Source: Octopus bimaculoides (taxonomy: Eukaryota). From it: DNA of 60,306 nt. Location of the stretch: the NCBI RefSeq assembly GCF_001194135.2, contig NC_068985.1:1977562-2037867 (forward strand). The letters are read 5' to 3'. Positions 38,502 through 50,974 of this stretch are shown here, piece by piece; position 1 is the first letter of the stretch, and every line of letters begins with the position of its first letter. The notes beneath the pieces are model-generated. The model searched no databases. It worked only from the letters and a program-made list of their open reading frames with translations, and was not told the DNA's origin. The translations under genes and the position numbers were made by a program.

Positions 38502-40599
38502 CGCTGAGATAAGGCTTATATAATTCTTTTGTTTTCTTTATTCTGTAATCTGTTTTGTATTCTATGTAAATATAAGCTTTAAGTCTACCTGTGTTTACCT
38601 GCCTTCCTACCCCACTCTCATTCACTCTGCACATACGTGCGTGTGCGTGTCCGTGTGTATGTCTATGTATCTATATATATATCTTTGTATGTGTGTGTGT
38701 GTGTATATATACATATACTTATGTATATATATACATATATACATACACTTATGTATGTATGTATGTATGTATGTATACGCAATACACACGCATATATATT
38801 AATTATAGAAATAAATGTTCTGCACATATAATGAACATATTTTTTGTGTCACGCATTTTAGTAAGGATTTTATAAATATGAAAATAAATTCATATTTAGA
38901 GCATTAATATATTAAAATATATAGATGGCTAAGGTGAAATAGCACCTGAAAATAAATACTTGCAATGCATATTGCATATATATTTTTTTCAACTTGTTTA
39001 TGAAATATTTATTTCTTCCATTTCAGAAAGCTAATTTTAAACACCAATTTTACAATTAATTTTAGATATTCTGAAACTCCTGTAAAGTATTTCATAGATA
39101 GAAAAAGTCATAAAAGATTTATCAACATTTCAGCAGCATTCATAATCTTCCCATTCTTCTTCCCAGCTTTACCGATTACTACGTATTCGGTATAACTTTA
39201 GATTCTTTCTTCTCTCTTTCAAAGATAACATCATCATATATTTTATCTTAGGAATTCGATATGTGTGTGTGTATTTATTTTAACCGCTATAGCCAGTATA
39301 AATTCTGAAGTATGTTTTCCCTATAGCTAGCGTTATATATTTCGAAATATATACATGATTGACCGCTAACTCCACAAGTTTTTTTTTCTTCTCTCTCTNN
39401 NNNNNNNNNNNNNNNNNNNNNNNNNNNNNNNNNNNNNNNNNNNNNNNNNNNNNNNNNNNNNNNNNNNNNNNNNNNNNNNNNNNNNNNNNNNNNNNNNNNN
39501 NNNNNNNNNNNNNNNNNNNNNNNNNNNNNNNNNNNNNNNNNNNNNNNNNNNNNNNNNNNNNNNNNNNNNNNNNNNNNNNNNNNNNNNNNNNNNNNNNNNN
39601 NNNNNNNNNNNNNNNNNNNNNNNNNNNNNNNNNNNNNNNNNNNNNNNNNNNNNNNNNNNNNNNNNNNNNNNNNNNNNNNNNNNNNNNNNNNNNNNNNNNN
39701 NNNNNNNNNNNNNNNNNNNNNNNNNNNNNNNNNNNNNNNNNNNNNNNNNNNNNNNNNNNNNNNNNNNNNNNNNNNNNNNNNNNNNNNNNNNNNNNNNNNN
39801 NNNNNNNNNNNNNNNNNNNNNNNNNNNNNNNNNNNNNNNNNNNNNNNNNNNNNNNNNNNNNNNNNNNNNNNNNNNNNNNNNNNNNNNNNNNNNNNNNNNN
39901 NNNNNNNNNNNNNNNNNNNNNNNNNNNNNNNNNNNNNNNNNNNNNNNNNNNNNNNNNNNNNNNNNNNNNNNNNNNNNNNNNNNNNNNNNNNNNNNNNNNN
40001 NNNNNNNNNNNNNNNNNNNNNNNNNNNNNNNNNNNNNNNNNNNNNNNNNNNNNNNNNNNNNNNNNNNNNNNNNNNNNNNNNNNNNNNNNNNNNNNNNNNN
40101 NNNNNNNNNNNNNNNNNNNNNNNNNNNNNNNNNNNNNNNNNNNNNNNNNNNNNNNNNNNNNNNNNNNNNNNNNNNNNNNNNNNNNNNNNNNNNNNNNNNN
40201 NNNNNNNNNNNNNNNNNNNNNNNNNNNNNNNNNNNNNNNNNNNNNNNNNNNNNNNNNNNNNNNNNNNNNNNNNNNNNNNNNNNNNNNNNNNNNNNNNNNN
40301 NNNNNNNNNNNNNNNNNNNNNNNNNNNNNNNNNNNNNNNNNNNNNNNNNNNNNNNNNNNNNNNNNNNNGAACACCCATACGCACATATATAAATATATAT
40401 GAAGCATTTATATCACAGATGACGTAATGTAGCAGGTATGTACTACAAGTGCTCGGTACGGTTTGCCACGAAAACATCGGCTTGGACTGCAATTGAGAAA
40501 AGGTAGTGTTGAAGTTACCTATCAAAGATGGCTGGAAGTGGTTCATTCTCGAGCGGGTAACAATATATTTAAAACAGTGAATGAACAAGTAAAACATGT

Positions 40600-41000
40600 G
40601 GCATCACTTTAGAGCATTTAATTCTTTATTTGAACATAGTATAGAGCAGTTATAGTAAATAGGTAAAGTCTCTTACAGCTGTTTCTAGAAGAGCTAAGCA
40701 TGTGGATCGTGTGTTACTGAGCAAGGATTTCCACATAAGCTAACTATTCCATCATCAAAGAGAAAGAGAAAAAAATACACTTAATTAAAGATATTAATAG
40801 TTAACAGATCACTGTGGGAGTAAGTAGCGTCTAAAGTAAAGGATAATAGTGATTGGTAGATGTACGATTGAAGAATTAAGAAAGTCCTTAATAAGACCCT
40901 TTGTCAAAGTTAATGTCAGTTAGCAGTTCCAGTGTAGGGGTACCTTTTATTAAATTTAATTTTTTAAAGTGATACCACGTTTTGCTTATCCACTCTCTGT
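40600..41000 (-). mobile_element. Penelope-like 3' terminus
   Basis: Minus ORF tail KKLNLIKGTPTLELLTDINFD resembles the PLE ExxxIKxxxPxLN terminus and is followed by a hammerhead-like motif. Confidence 0.5.
40669..40763 (-). ncRNA. Hammerhead-like motif with extended stem II and C3U core change
   Basis: Minus: tctct-TTGATGA-tggaa...atgtgga...tccacat...ttcta-GAAA-CAGCTG-TA-agaga. Confidence 0.45.
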
Positions 41001-41107
41001 TTTTAATATACATACACACACATATACATACATACATACATACATACATGCACATATACATACATACATACATATATGCATACATACATATATACATACA
41101 CACACAT

Positions 41108-41138
<31 letters not shown>

Positions 41139-41156
41139 CATACACACACACATGCA

Positions 41157-41190
<34 letters not shown>

Positions 41191-41365
41191 CATACATACA
41201 TATATACATACATACATACATATATACATACATACATACATAAAACAATCTCACAACAAAATAACAAAAGTAAGTAGCATAACAAAATTTTTAAAACGTC
41301 ATGCTAAAGAGCTTTCTGTACACACGCGCGCGCACACGCACGCACGTACACACACACATGGGGAT

Positions 41366-41396
<31 letters not shown>

Positions 41397-42104
41397 AGAT
41401 CGATCAGCAGCACCAGTATCAATATTTTAACCCCATTTTCGATATTAGCAATGGTTGCACGCCTGTTTCACTGATGTAAACTTTGCTGGAAAAACCGAAA
41501 ATCTGCTGCTCTTTGAACAAAGTGATTTGTCAAACGTATTGGGCACTAAATTACGCACATTGCCTTGTCATAGCTGTCATCAGTGAATCAGTGATTGGTT
41601 TGTTGAAATCCTGTAACCATTGACGCAATTGTTCACCAATTGTAATATGAAATCAAGTAATAAATGAAAAATAAGCAGCATAGAAACTGTTGGTCACGTA
41701 TTGTTGGAGCCGGTGACTTTGCAGTTATGTAGTTCGCTGTGTAGTCCTCATACTACTTATAAACCACTTCACTTATAAATTGCAGTTGCAGATTGAGGCA
41801 ATTAAAACGATGCACTTCATCTCAAGCAACAAACCAATGTCTAAAGTAAGATTTAATTCATGACTTCATAAACTTATGAACGCAATTCTATGATTGTCTT
41901 TGGGCAGGAATAGTTGTCTTTCAATGACAGTCTCTTTTGGACCTACAAGTATTTCCTTGTGTACAATTTATATATGTAGATAAACACATACATATCATGT
42001 GCGTGTGTGTATATATGTATATGTGTGTGTGTAAGTGTGTACCTATGTCTATATGTGTATGCATATGTATATAGATGCGTGTGTGTGTGAATATACAGTA
42101 TATA

Positions 42105-42290
42105 TTGTATTTGTTTCAGTCACTGGACTGTGGTCATGCTGGAGCACCTCACCGAAGGGTTTTAGTTGAAAGAATCAGCGTCAGTACTTGTTTCTAAAAC
42201 ATGTTACTTATTTTATCAACTAAACTGCTAAGCCATTGGGATGTAAAAAAACCAACACCAGTTGTCGAGTGGTCGTCAGGGACAAACACA
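42105..42290 (-). mobile_element. SINE family A tail
   Basis: ttgtttcagtcactggactgtggtcatgctggagcacc...aaaaccaacaccagttgtc. Confidence 0.7.
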
Positions 42291-42519
42291 ATTACACATG
42301 CATGTTGATTTCCATGCATACATACATAAATGTGTGTGTGTGTGTGTGTGTATATATATACATATACATGTATGCATATATAGGTATAAAGACAGATAGA
42401 CAAACAGACAGGATATANNNNNNNNNNNNNNNNNNNNNNNNNNNNNNNNNNNNNNNNNNNNNNNNNNNNNNNNNNNNNNNNNNNNNNNNNNNNNNNNNNN
42501 NNNNNNNNNNNNNNNNNTA

Positions 42520-43155
42520 TAAGCAGTGTAAGAAGGATGAAACAAGATAGAAAAGAAGAAATAAAATGTAGTGAGGATTTCTCTGTACACAGGGAGAATG
42601 AACAGGGGGGGGGTAGAATATATGTAACAGTGAGAGGAGGTGAAAAGGTAAAGTTGAGCTCAATGAGGTGAAGGAGTGCGCCACTGGTGTTCGGTAAACT
42701 CACTAAGTAAACTTTAAATCAATTAGGGATGGTAGCTGGCTTTACAGAGAAACAGGAAGAGGTAAGTAATGAACGAAAGGAATAGGGTTGAGAGTAGCAG
42801 AAGATGTACTGAGATAGAAAGAATCGTATACGGTGAATAGAGAAAGAGAATTTTGTTAGCATAGCTAAATAATAAGCTAGGGCTGAACCACAATTAGGAG
42901 AAATCATAATGGGTAAAAGCAGAATAAAATTTGTGCTTGAACGAGATTACATCGGATAACCTATTGGGTAACGAGGTATGATGATGGTAAAGGATAGCGA
43001 GTGATTCCCTTCAACACATCATACAAACATGGTAGTTGGTTTTGTATGTGGAAGGCCCACAAACTGTGACCCAGGATAACGTATAGGGAATATTCTGAGA
43101 CTCAACGTAGTGTTTGTGTATAGTTAGAGGGGTAGATAGTTTAGAAGGTCCGTTT
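42520..43155 (-). mobile_element. Penelope-like element C-terminus and 3' UTR
   Basis: Minus: LSTPLTIHKHYVESQNIPYTLSWVTVCGPSTYKTNYHVCMMC*RESLAILYHHH resembles PLE LSxHxWxLK..IPYxLxW...CxLCxxEKLxI. Confidence 0.7.
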
Positions 43156-43159
43156 GACA

Positions 43160-43505
43160 ATGAATTCATTTGATTCCAGTAGCAGTGCTTGAAATCAACA
43201 ATGCCACACCTACCATATCCACTGGACATTGCCCCATCTGATTATCTTTTATTCCGCAGTCTTCAAAATCATTTGGATGGAAAAAATATGAATTCTGTAG
43301 ATGAGGTCAGAGCAGTACTGGAGAAGTATTTTTCGTCACGGACAAGTGAATTTTGGAAGAGGGGCCTAGCAAATCTACTAGATAGGTGGAAGAGCATTGA
43401 AGAAAATGAAGGAGGGTATATTTTAGATTAAAAATTAGCTTTGTTTATCTTAATTTTGAAAAATGGAAGTATAAAAAACTGCATTATTTATGGGATGACC
43501 CAATA
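43160..43505 (+). mobile_element. Mariner transposon 3' half with terminal inverted repeat
   Basis: ORF 43189-43431 reads PHLPYPLDIAPSDYLLFRSLQNHLDG...FWKRGLANLLDRW (YSPDLAPSD motif); end sequence attatttatgggatgacccaata at 43483-43505. Confidence 0.9.
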
Positions 43506-43906
43506 CTATTTTTGAATGAGATAGAAAGGTCATAATTCTTAACAAACTTATGGAGGGTCTTCTGGGTACAATCAACGAAGGATCAAAACATACCTGTGGC
43601 TGTGAAAAGAGCATCATTTGCTGAAAAAAAACATGCAGATGCTGGAAGTTTATTATCCTAGAGATAATCCGAGAGAGGTCCTTTTGGAATGAGTTTGATT
43701 TATTAGAGAATTTGATATTTCTAATCATTTCAAGTCGGCTCCAGGGTTAGGATGCAGATTTTGAAAAGTTTTTTGAAGTCATAGTAGACTTTATTCTTGG
43801 AGAAGTGAGACGTATTAGATTTGTTGTCATAGCAGAGAACCCACCATCTCATCTATGCAATGATATTATATTCATGTTATTCCAGAGAACGCATCTCCTG
43901 CAGACT

Positions 43907-43973
43907 TTGGTGCTGCAGCTATGTGCAATATCATAATCCATACTTATGATACTGCACGCAGCTGCAGCATTAA
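43907..43973. repeat. Compact hairpin (26-30-bp stem, 7-nt loop)
   Basis: tgctgcagctatgtgcaatatcataa-tccatac-ttatgatactgcacgcagctgcagca; 23 of 26 pairs are Watson-Crick. Confidence 0.85.
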
Positions 43974-44294
43974 TCCTTGTGTGTGCAGCAGGACGTTAAT
44001 CCATTTGACACTTGAGTTTTGTAGAAGATTGATAACTGACACGACTGGTTTGGTTTCTCTCTCTTTATCATCCAAATACCTGTATTCCTGTGTAACCAAA
44101 ACTTAGGACGTTCAGTCTAAAAGGAATATATTGTAAAATAATCATTTTAATTTACATATATCTTCACAAAAATAGGATTTTTATTGTCTGTTTTCAATCC
44201 TTCAATCTGGCTTTCATCCTTCTTCAGACAAACCTGGTGACAACTATTATTATTTACTGTAATGTTTCCTTTCTGTCTCTATCTTTAAACAATT

Positions 44295-44700
44295 ATTCTT
44301 TCACTTGTTTCGGTCATTTGACTGCGGCCATGCTGGAGCACCGCCTTTAGTCGAGCAAATCGACCCCAGGACTTATTCTTTATAAGCCTAATACTGATTG
44401 TATCGTTTTTTTGTTTTTTGCTGAACCACTAAGTTACGGGGACGTAAACACACCAGCATTGGTTGTCAAGCGATGTTGGAGGACAAGCACAGACACATAA
44501 ACAAATACACACACATACATATATATATACATATATAGGACGGGCTTCTTTCAGTTTCCATCTACCAAATCCACTCACAAGGCTTTTAGTCAGCCTGAAG
44601 CTATAGTAGAAGTCACTTGCCCAAGGTGCCACACAGTGGGAATGAACCTGGAACCATGTGGTTGGTAAGCAAGCTACTTACCATTCAGCCATTCCTGCAC
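44295..44700 (-). mobile_element. SINE family A, near full length
   Basis: Runs from cacttgtttcggtcatttgactgcggccatgctggagcaccgcc to ggaaccatgtggttggtaagcaagctacttaccattcagcc. Confidence 0.85.
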
Positions 44701-44719
44701 CTATATAAACCTCTCTGAC

Positions 44720-45320
44720 GCCTCCATTTTTGGAAAAACCCTGCACATTTCCATGCTAAGAGTTATTGGAGCTTCTTTCAGCAGTAGTTGTTTATTTGAC
44801 AGAACTGGATTTACTGGAAACATTGGAAACAGAATATTGTTTATTGTATTTCTTTTTTGTACTCTCGGATGACAAAATACTTTCATTTTTAAGAGCATGT
44901 CGTTTACAAGTTGAGAAAAAACATTTAGGTCATAAAAATAATTTATTTGAGGATATTTCGTGAATCAAATACAAACACTAGTTTGGTGCCAGCCATGACT
45001 AAGGCCAGCAAAAACTGCAATTTGGAGAGAGTTTGGACAAATGACCATCCTGTGTCATTTGTTGTTTGGGTTGACAAGGAAGACATTCATATTTTAGGGG
45101 GTGAGGTTCATTTGAAAAATATATTGCAGTTTCCACCCTTGCTGGTAAAAACCAGCAATAAATTTGCAACTTATTCTTGGAAGCATGGGATGGGGCATGA
45201 TGGTTCCATGTCCTAGGGCCCAAAAGCAGGTTCAGGAGGGAACAACTGTTATGGATTGGGAATTGGAATATCAAAACCCATACTTCCTGAAGAGATCCCT
45301 GCTGACATATTTGAAATTGT
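44720..45320 (+). mobile_element. Decayed transposase-like C-terminal fragment, family uncertain
   Basis: Frameshifted segments EAWDGA*WFHVL / AQKQVQE / CYGLGIGISKPILPEEIPADIFEIV resemble the ...H.LRA..QVQ.W...WGW...P...P..LL.LI tail of large invertebrate DNA-transposon proteins. Confidence 0.3.
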
Positions 45321-45389
45321 TTCATTAACTTTTTTCAGCCCTACATTCTAATCTATATTGTTACTGTTGTTGTTTAGCTGGTGTTGCCT

Positions 45390-45930
45390 GAGAGAGAGGG
45401 ACTATACAACATTCAAAGGCTTTCGGCACTGATCTCAAATTCCTACCTCTTTCATCTCTTCTTAGATAAAGACTGGACACAACCACTGTTTCTCTGGAAG
45501 TTTCCAGTTGATATCAGGGTCATGTGAACTTTAATGTCAATGAAGTGGATTTCCTCTGAGACCAGTCAAGTATCCCAAAATGCTGTCATCAGCACTGGTA
45601 CTGAAAATGCATTGTGGGATATTGTTTTGTTGTAAGAGGAGAATTCTGAATGTCATATTTTTCTAGGAATGTTGTAACATTCTCGGATCATTCAATCTTT
45701 ATTCACAGTGCCTTCGCATGATATGTTTCCCTTAATGCCTCGGTACTTGCAGCATTCTTTGTGTGGAAGAGGAGAGAGAGTGAAGCCATTGATGCACAGG
45801 TTTTGGATCTGGAGGACTGATTTTCCACATTCAACAATCAAACATGAAGATTTCTTTTGGCCAAATTCCATTTCTATGTCAGTTGAAAACATTGTTAACA
45901 CCAGTTGTTTTTAGCATTGTAAAAAGTTTT
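45390..45930 (-). mobile_element. R4/Dong-like LINE fragment (RT domains 6-7 onward)
   Basis: ORF 45692-45901 reads FSTDIEMEFGQKKSSCLIVECGK...CKYRGI; further along, VSSLYLRRDERGRNLRSV (LYLxRxxGGRGL motif). Confidence 0.75.
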
Positions 45931-46499
45931 AGTTTAGATGTTCAGGTTATCACAAAGAAATTACAAGTTATATTTAACAGTTGCAGACCCTAGCATGTAG
46001 CCATTGGATTTTGGTTAAAAAATGCTAACAGATTGTGTTTGTGCCTCAGGCTATGTGTACAAACGGGTTACACGAAAGGAACAAAAAACTGACTTTTTAA
46101 AAAACAGAATACTATACAAGCTCTGATATTTATTTAAAACATTATCTACATTTTGTGGGAAAGTTGCTTTTTTGCAGGAAAATGCTCAGAGCAACAAATC
46201 AGCTGACACAGGAAACGAATCTATTAAAAGCTCCAGTCACTCTCTCCAGTCTTTCTCTTCACACTTATACGCACACACACACACATACATATTGTTTGTA
46301 TGTGTGCACATGTGTGTGTGCGTGTGTGTGTGTGAGTGCACATACACACATACGCACACAATATTGTGACATACAATAGTTGGTGAAAACTGTCAGTAAG
46401 ATTCTAACCGCTTAAATGCCATGACCAGGAATATACTGCTCAAAAACGTGTGCGTGTGTGTGTGTGTATACATGCATACATACATACAAACATACATCC

Positions 46500-46652
46500 A
46501 CTCTGCAGAGTGGTTGGTGTTAGGAAGGGCATCCAGAACAGATATTGTAGCCTGGTGCAATCTTCTGCTTAGCCAGTTCCTGTCAAACCATCAAATCCAT
46601 GCCAGCATGGAAGGTGTACGTCAAATGATGATGATAATGATGATGGTGATGG

Positions 46653-46700
<48 letters not shown>
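46500..46700 (+). mobile_element. SINE family C (internally deleted) with expanded (GAT)n tail
   Basis: gagtggttggtgttaggaagggcatccag...atgccagcatggaagg...aaatgatgatg. Confidence 0.7.
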
Positions 46701-46702
<2 letters not shown>

Positions 46703-46900
46703 TATACAGAACTGATGAGAATCCATCTTATTTTCTCTTTGCACACAGAAAAAATAATGGAGATTGCCTTGACATGGTGGTCAGATGTTAACTCGATGGT
46801 GATGGTGATGATGCTGATGATGGTGATGATGGTGATAATGGTGGTGGTAGTGGTGATACTGATGATGATGATGGTGGTGATGAGGATGATGTACATATAA

Positions 46901-47790
46901 GAGGTGCATTCAAAAAGTATTTGACTTTAATTTTTTCTCACCCTGACTAATGCCATGTTGACAAAATCCTTTGGGTGAAAAATGACGCCAGCCTTTCTAC
47001 ACTTACATAAAAATGTTCGTGCCAGCAGACTGTGTCAGTTTGCAGCTGTTGCACCTAGAGTGCAGAGGCGTAGTGCACACTCGTTGGATTTTCGTTTCCA
47101 CTGAACGCATCAAGCAGAAACATTGCATCAAGTTTTGCTAAAAGCTCGATGGTACTCAAAACGTCCAGAAGATTCAGCAGGCCTTTGACGATAATGTTGT
47201 GGGAAAAACTCAGATGAAGGAGTGGTCCGACCACTTCAAACATGGCCACACCTCAATGGAGAGAGAGGCAAACTCAGGCAGGCCAGCCACAAGCCGGAAC
47301 AAGGAGCTGATTGAGAAGGATTGAGAATAGTCATGGAAGACTGTCGTGTAAGAATCTAAGAAAATTCCCACAAAATGGCAATAAGCACAGGATTAATGCA
47401 TTCCATTTTCAACAGAGGATTTGTACATGTGGAGAGTATGGGTGAAATTCATCTCCAAGGTGATGGTGGTATGGTGGAGTAGCAGATGCAACACCCCATG
47501 GAAATCGGTCAGGATATGCTGGACTGTGCTAACCATGAACCAGATTTTATGAAGACCATCATCACTGGTGATGAGACATGGGTTTATGGTCTCTGCTCAA
47601 TGCGTTCGGTCATCTTGTGTGAAAACGAAAATCTGACGAGTGTGCATGACATATTTGTACTCTAGATGTAACAGTCGGGAACTGACATGGCCTACCAGTG
47701 TGAAAATTTTCATGCATGCGCAGGAAGGGTGGCATAACCTCCTCACCCAAAGGACTCTACCCACTCGACATTACTTTTTGAACACACCTC
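46901..47790 (+). mobile_element. Internally deleted mariner with both TIRs
   Basis: TIRs gaggtgcattcaaaaagtat and ttactttttgaacacacctc; HCIKFC..KIQQAF..QMKEW..FK.G..SGRP (HTH region); FMKTIITGDETWVYG. Confidence 0.85.
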
Positions 47791-48699
47791 ATGTGTATAT
47801 TTGTGTGTGCTTGTGTATGTATATATATATGTGTGTATATTCCAAATAAACAATTACAGCAAAGGCACAGATGGGAAGGAAAGATCACAGCATGAATGTT
47901 TGGAGAGGACAAAGTGAATGCCTGGTATTTCTACAAATGATATATATACATATCTATAAAACTTCCTTGCATTTCTATCCTTCTCTCTGTCTCTTTCTCA
48001 CTCTTTACTTTTGTTTGTTTTTTGTCTAAAACGAAATTTCATTTTCATTGATTGTTAATGGCAACATTCTGTGAAATCAAACATTAACATTGCTTGAGTT
48101 GTTATGTAGGTGTAAATAAAGTCTTTTAATTGGTTACAACAGCACACATGCCCTGCATTACATTATTTTTATTGGCTGTTTAATGTCAGTTTAGAGGAAA
48201 GAAGGAATATATTTTTCTTGTTTCTTTTTCACTTTAAATAAATTATTTTTACCATCTATTTTTTTTGTTTTCAATTATTATTAAAAAATCAACAGCTTCT
48301 AAATGTTTTTTTAACACATCACCTCCATTATTATCATCCTGATGAGCTTATTTTTCTTTGTCATTAAAAATACATCATAAACACTTCTACATTATCCCCC
48401 CCCCCCCCCCACACACATACACTCACACACAAAATACCATTATTGTGAACCAATGAGGGAGCTTCTACATGTTGCCTCATGCTGATTGAACAAGAAGCAA
48501 CACCATTCTGAAATCATACCCCATCAACTTAGAAGAAGAGGTACATTGGATAAAGTAAAACTAAGATGACTATTGTTGGAATAATTTCATCATGGTTCTA
48601 CTCAATAAAGTTCACCTTTTATTCTTTATGGCTAAATGAAGAATAAGTGTTGAGCCTGCTGACTTACACAGATTATTCAAGATCAGGGACATCATCACA

Positions 48700-49790
48700 G
48701 TTGGTGTTTATCGGGGGAAATTCCAAATAAACACTTGCAACAAAGACACAGATGAGAAGGAAAGAGCACAGTATAAATGTTTGGAGAGGACCAAGTGAAT
48801 ACGTGGTTGGTGCCAGAATCGAGGGATGGAGGACACAATAGAAGCGAGAGAGAAATGTGTCAGCTGGGCTTTAATGGATGCAACCAGTCGGTTCTGAAGA
48901 AGAGGAGCCATTGTTAGAGTAATGTAACAGGCAAAGAGATTGACAGCACATCTGTAGTTAGGGTCCCAGATGTGTTGCAGACTGTCTTCATGTCACTCTG
49001 TTGGGTAGTTTTTATTTGGATGTAGTCTAAGTTTAGAAATAATACATTTCTAAATCTCTCAGAGAGATTTATGCTATAGTGATACGATGAAGTAGTTGTA
49101 TGCTGTCAACTTAATGTGACAGTCCCCTGAAGGGAACAATACTACTGTTAGTTAGACCCAGGAAAGGCCAACAGGCAGTGGTGCAGCTTCCTAGGTCTAT
49201 CCAACAGTAGTATTATTCCCTACAGGGGACTGTCACATTAAGTTGACAGCATACAACTACTTCGTAGTGTAAGTTGTTAATTAGGTTGTTGTTTTTTTTA
49301 TTTGGATGTATTTTAGCACAATCCCAGATGGTGCTGCAACTTGATTGGAACACACTGAGATCCTAGATGTGGGACCATTTTCCCACGTAAGCTTTGTAGT
49401 AAGTCAGCAGTTGTTAGGGGCTTTAGCGAGAAGGGCTGATCATTGTTTTGTTATTTTGTACACGGTAAGTTGCCAGAGAAAGTTATCAGTGTGACCTGAT
49501 GTTTACAGTGACTTTAAAGGCTTCAGTTGTTTATTGATTAGGACTAGGAAGGAAGGGTGGTGGTGGTGGGGAGGTGCTGGCTTATCTCCTTTGTACATGT
49601 TGCTATTGTGTGTCTTTATGCTGTTGATGAAGACAAGATTAGTCAGTCCCCATTAGAGAATGTTTCTGAGATGTTTGCAGTGTGTTGTCTCTGTTGCTTA
49701 TGAATGAGGCTCATGTGGTGCGATTAATGGAGCAGTGAAAGGTGGTTATATGTGTAGATCGTTAATGAACAGGTAGAGCAGTGTGGAAGT
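48700..49790 (-). mobile_element. Penelope-like GIY-YIG/3' segment interrupted by a MITE
   Basis: Minus near 49400: KAYVGK (GIY-YIG Y[IV]G); 48721-48810 is repeated at 47841-47927. Confidence 0.5.
49089..49263. mobile_element. Foldback MITE-like element
   Basis: 61-bp arms at 49089-49149 and 49203-49263 with 2 mismatches, plus inner 12-bp arms (11/12) and a 23-nt loop; TA follows the right end (gtagtg|ta). Confidence 0.8.
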
Positions 49791-49854
49791 GATATACGGT
49801 TGGTTTGAAACAATCACAATACTAAATAGAATGAAAGTCAGAGAGAGAGAGGGG

Positions 49855-49908
<54 letters not shown>

Positions 49909-50191
49909 NNNNNNNNNNNNNNNNNNNNNNNNNNNNNNNNNNNNNNNNNNNNNNNNNNNNNNNNNNNNNNNNNNNNNNNNNNNNNNNNNNNNNNNNNNNN
50001 NNNNNNNNNNNNNNNNNNNNNNNNNNNNNNNNNNNNNNNNNNNNNNNNNNNNNNNNNNNNNNNNNNNNNNNNNNNNNNNNNNNNNNNNNNNNNNNNNNNN
50101 NNNNNNNNNNNNNNNNNNNNNNNNNNNNNNNNNNNNNNNNNNNNNNNNNNNNNNNNNNNNNNNNNNNNNNNNNNNNNNNNNNNNNNNNNNN

Positions 50192-50265
<74 letters not shown>

Positions 50266-50349
50266 TGCTACATCAATATACATATACTGCAATGGGGCTC
50301 TCTGACAGGAAGCTAGGAATCTTTCAATCTAAAAAAACAAAAGACAGAT

Positions 50350-50640
50350 ATGAAGTTAAGAGATTTTATGCTGGTCATGGTCTAATGCTTTGCTGTTGAC
50401 CAATACAATGACATTGTTTTCCTCAAGTCTATGAAGAGTAAAAGCCCACTGGTGGGTGTCCAAAACATTCTGGCTTTGCAAAAGTTGTATCAGTGTTCGC
50501 TGAAGTGGGAGAGAAAATACATCTTTTGAAGAAGGTGATTGTTTTGTCTCCAGCATCTGTTATCTTTGGGATGTTGGAAGTGAGAGCAGTAGGTCAATGT
50601 TCTTGAGAATAGAACACACTGCAGTATATTTTCAAAGATT
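50350..50640 (-). mobile_element. Possible Penelope RT-core remnant
   Basis: Minus: SPTSANTDTTFAKPECFGHPPVGF weakly resembles APxYANL...E..L...PxxWxRY; it lies between other PLE pieces in the expected order. Confidence 0.3.
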
Positions 50641-50666
50641 GGTACAGATTCAGAGAGAGAGAGAGT

Positions 50667-50707
<41 letters not shown>

Positions 50708-50974
50708 ACCAATGGAAAAAGAAAGAAGGTGAGAGACAGAGAGAGGTGGAGAAATGAGTATTGAAGAGTTTGGTGATGACAGGTGCTAACTACAGAAGAA
50801 TTCTCTGAAAATAACAGAAAATAAACTGTTAGTGCCATGTTGTTGGTGTGATGTGACCAGAGATGCTTTCGCACCTGATCCGTGTGTCAGGATGATTCCA
50901 AGAGAATGAAAAAGGGACATTTTGAAGAAGTTTGTTCTAATTTATCTTTTGCTTTTTAACTTTTATTTGTTTCG

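Noticed and set aside
39334-39353. Perfect 20-bp palindrome tatatatttcgaaatatata
   Set aside because: Mostly TA repeat; expected by chance in this composition.
44766-44963. ORF segment SDDKILSFLRACRLQVEK resembling a CRAL-TRIO N-terminal motif
   Set aside because: No splice signals or downstream CRAL-TRIO sequence. Neighbouring frames look like a decayed transposase, so the resemblance is probably chance.
48640-48700. Degenerate hammerhead-like strings at PLE ends (also ~29930-29975, ~36985-37025, ~42680-42720)
   Set aside because: Each has two or more core changes or no stem II; too decayed to support a call.
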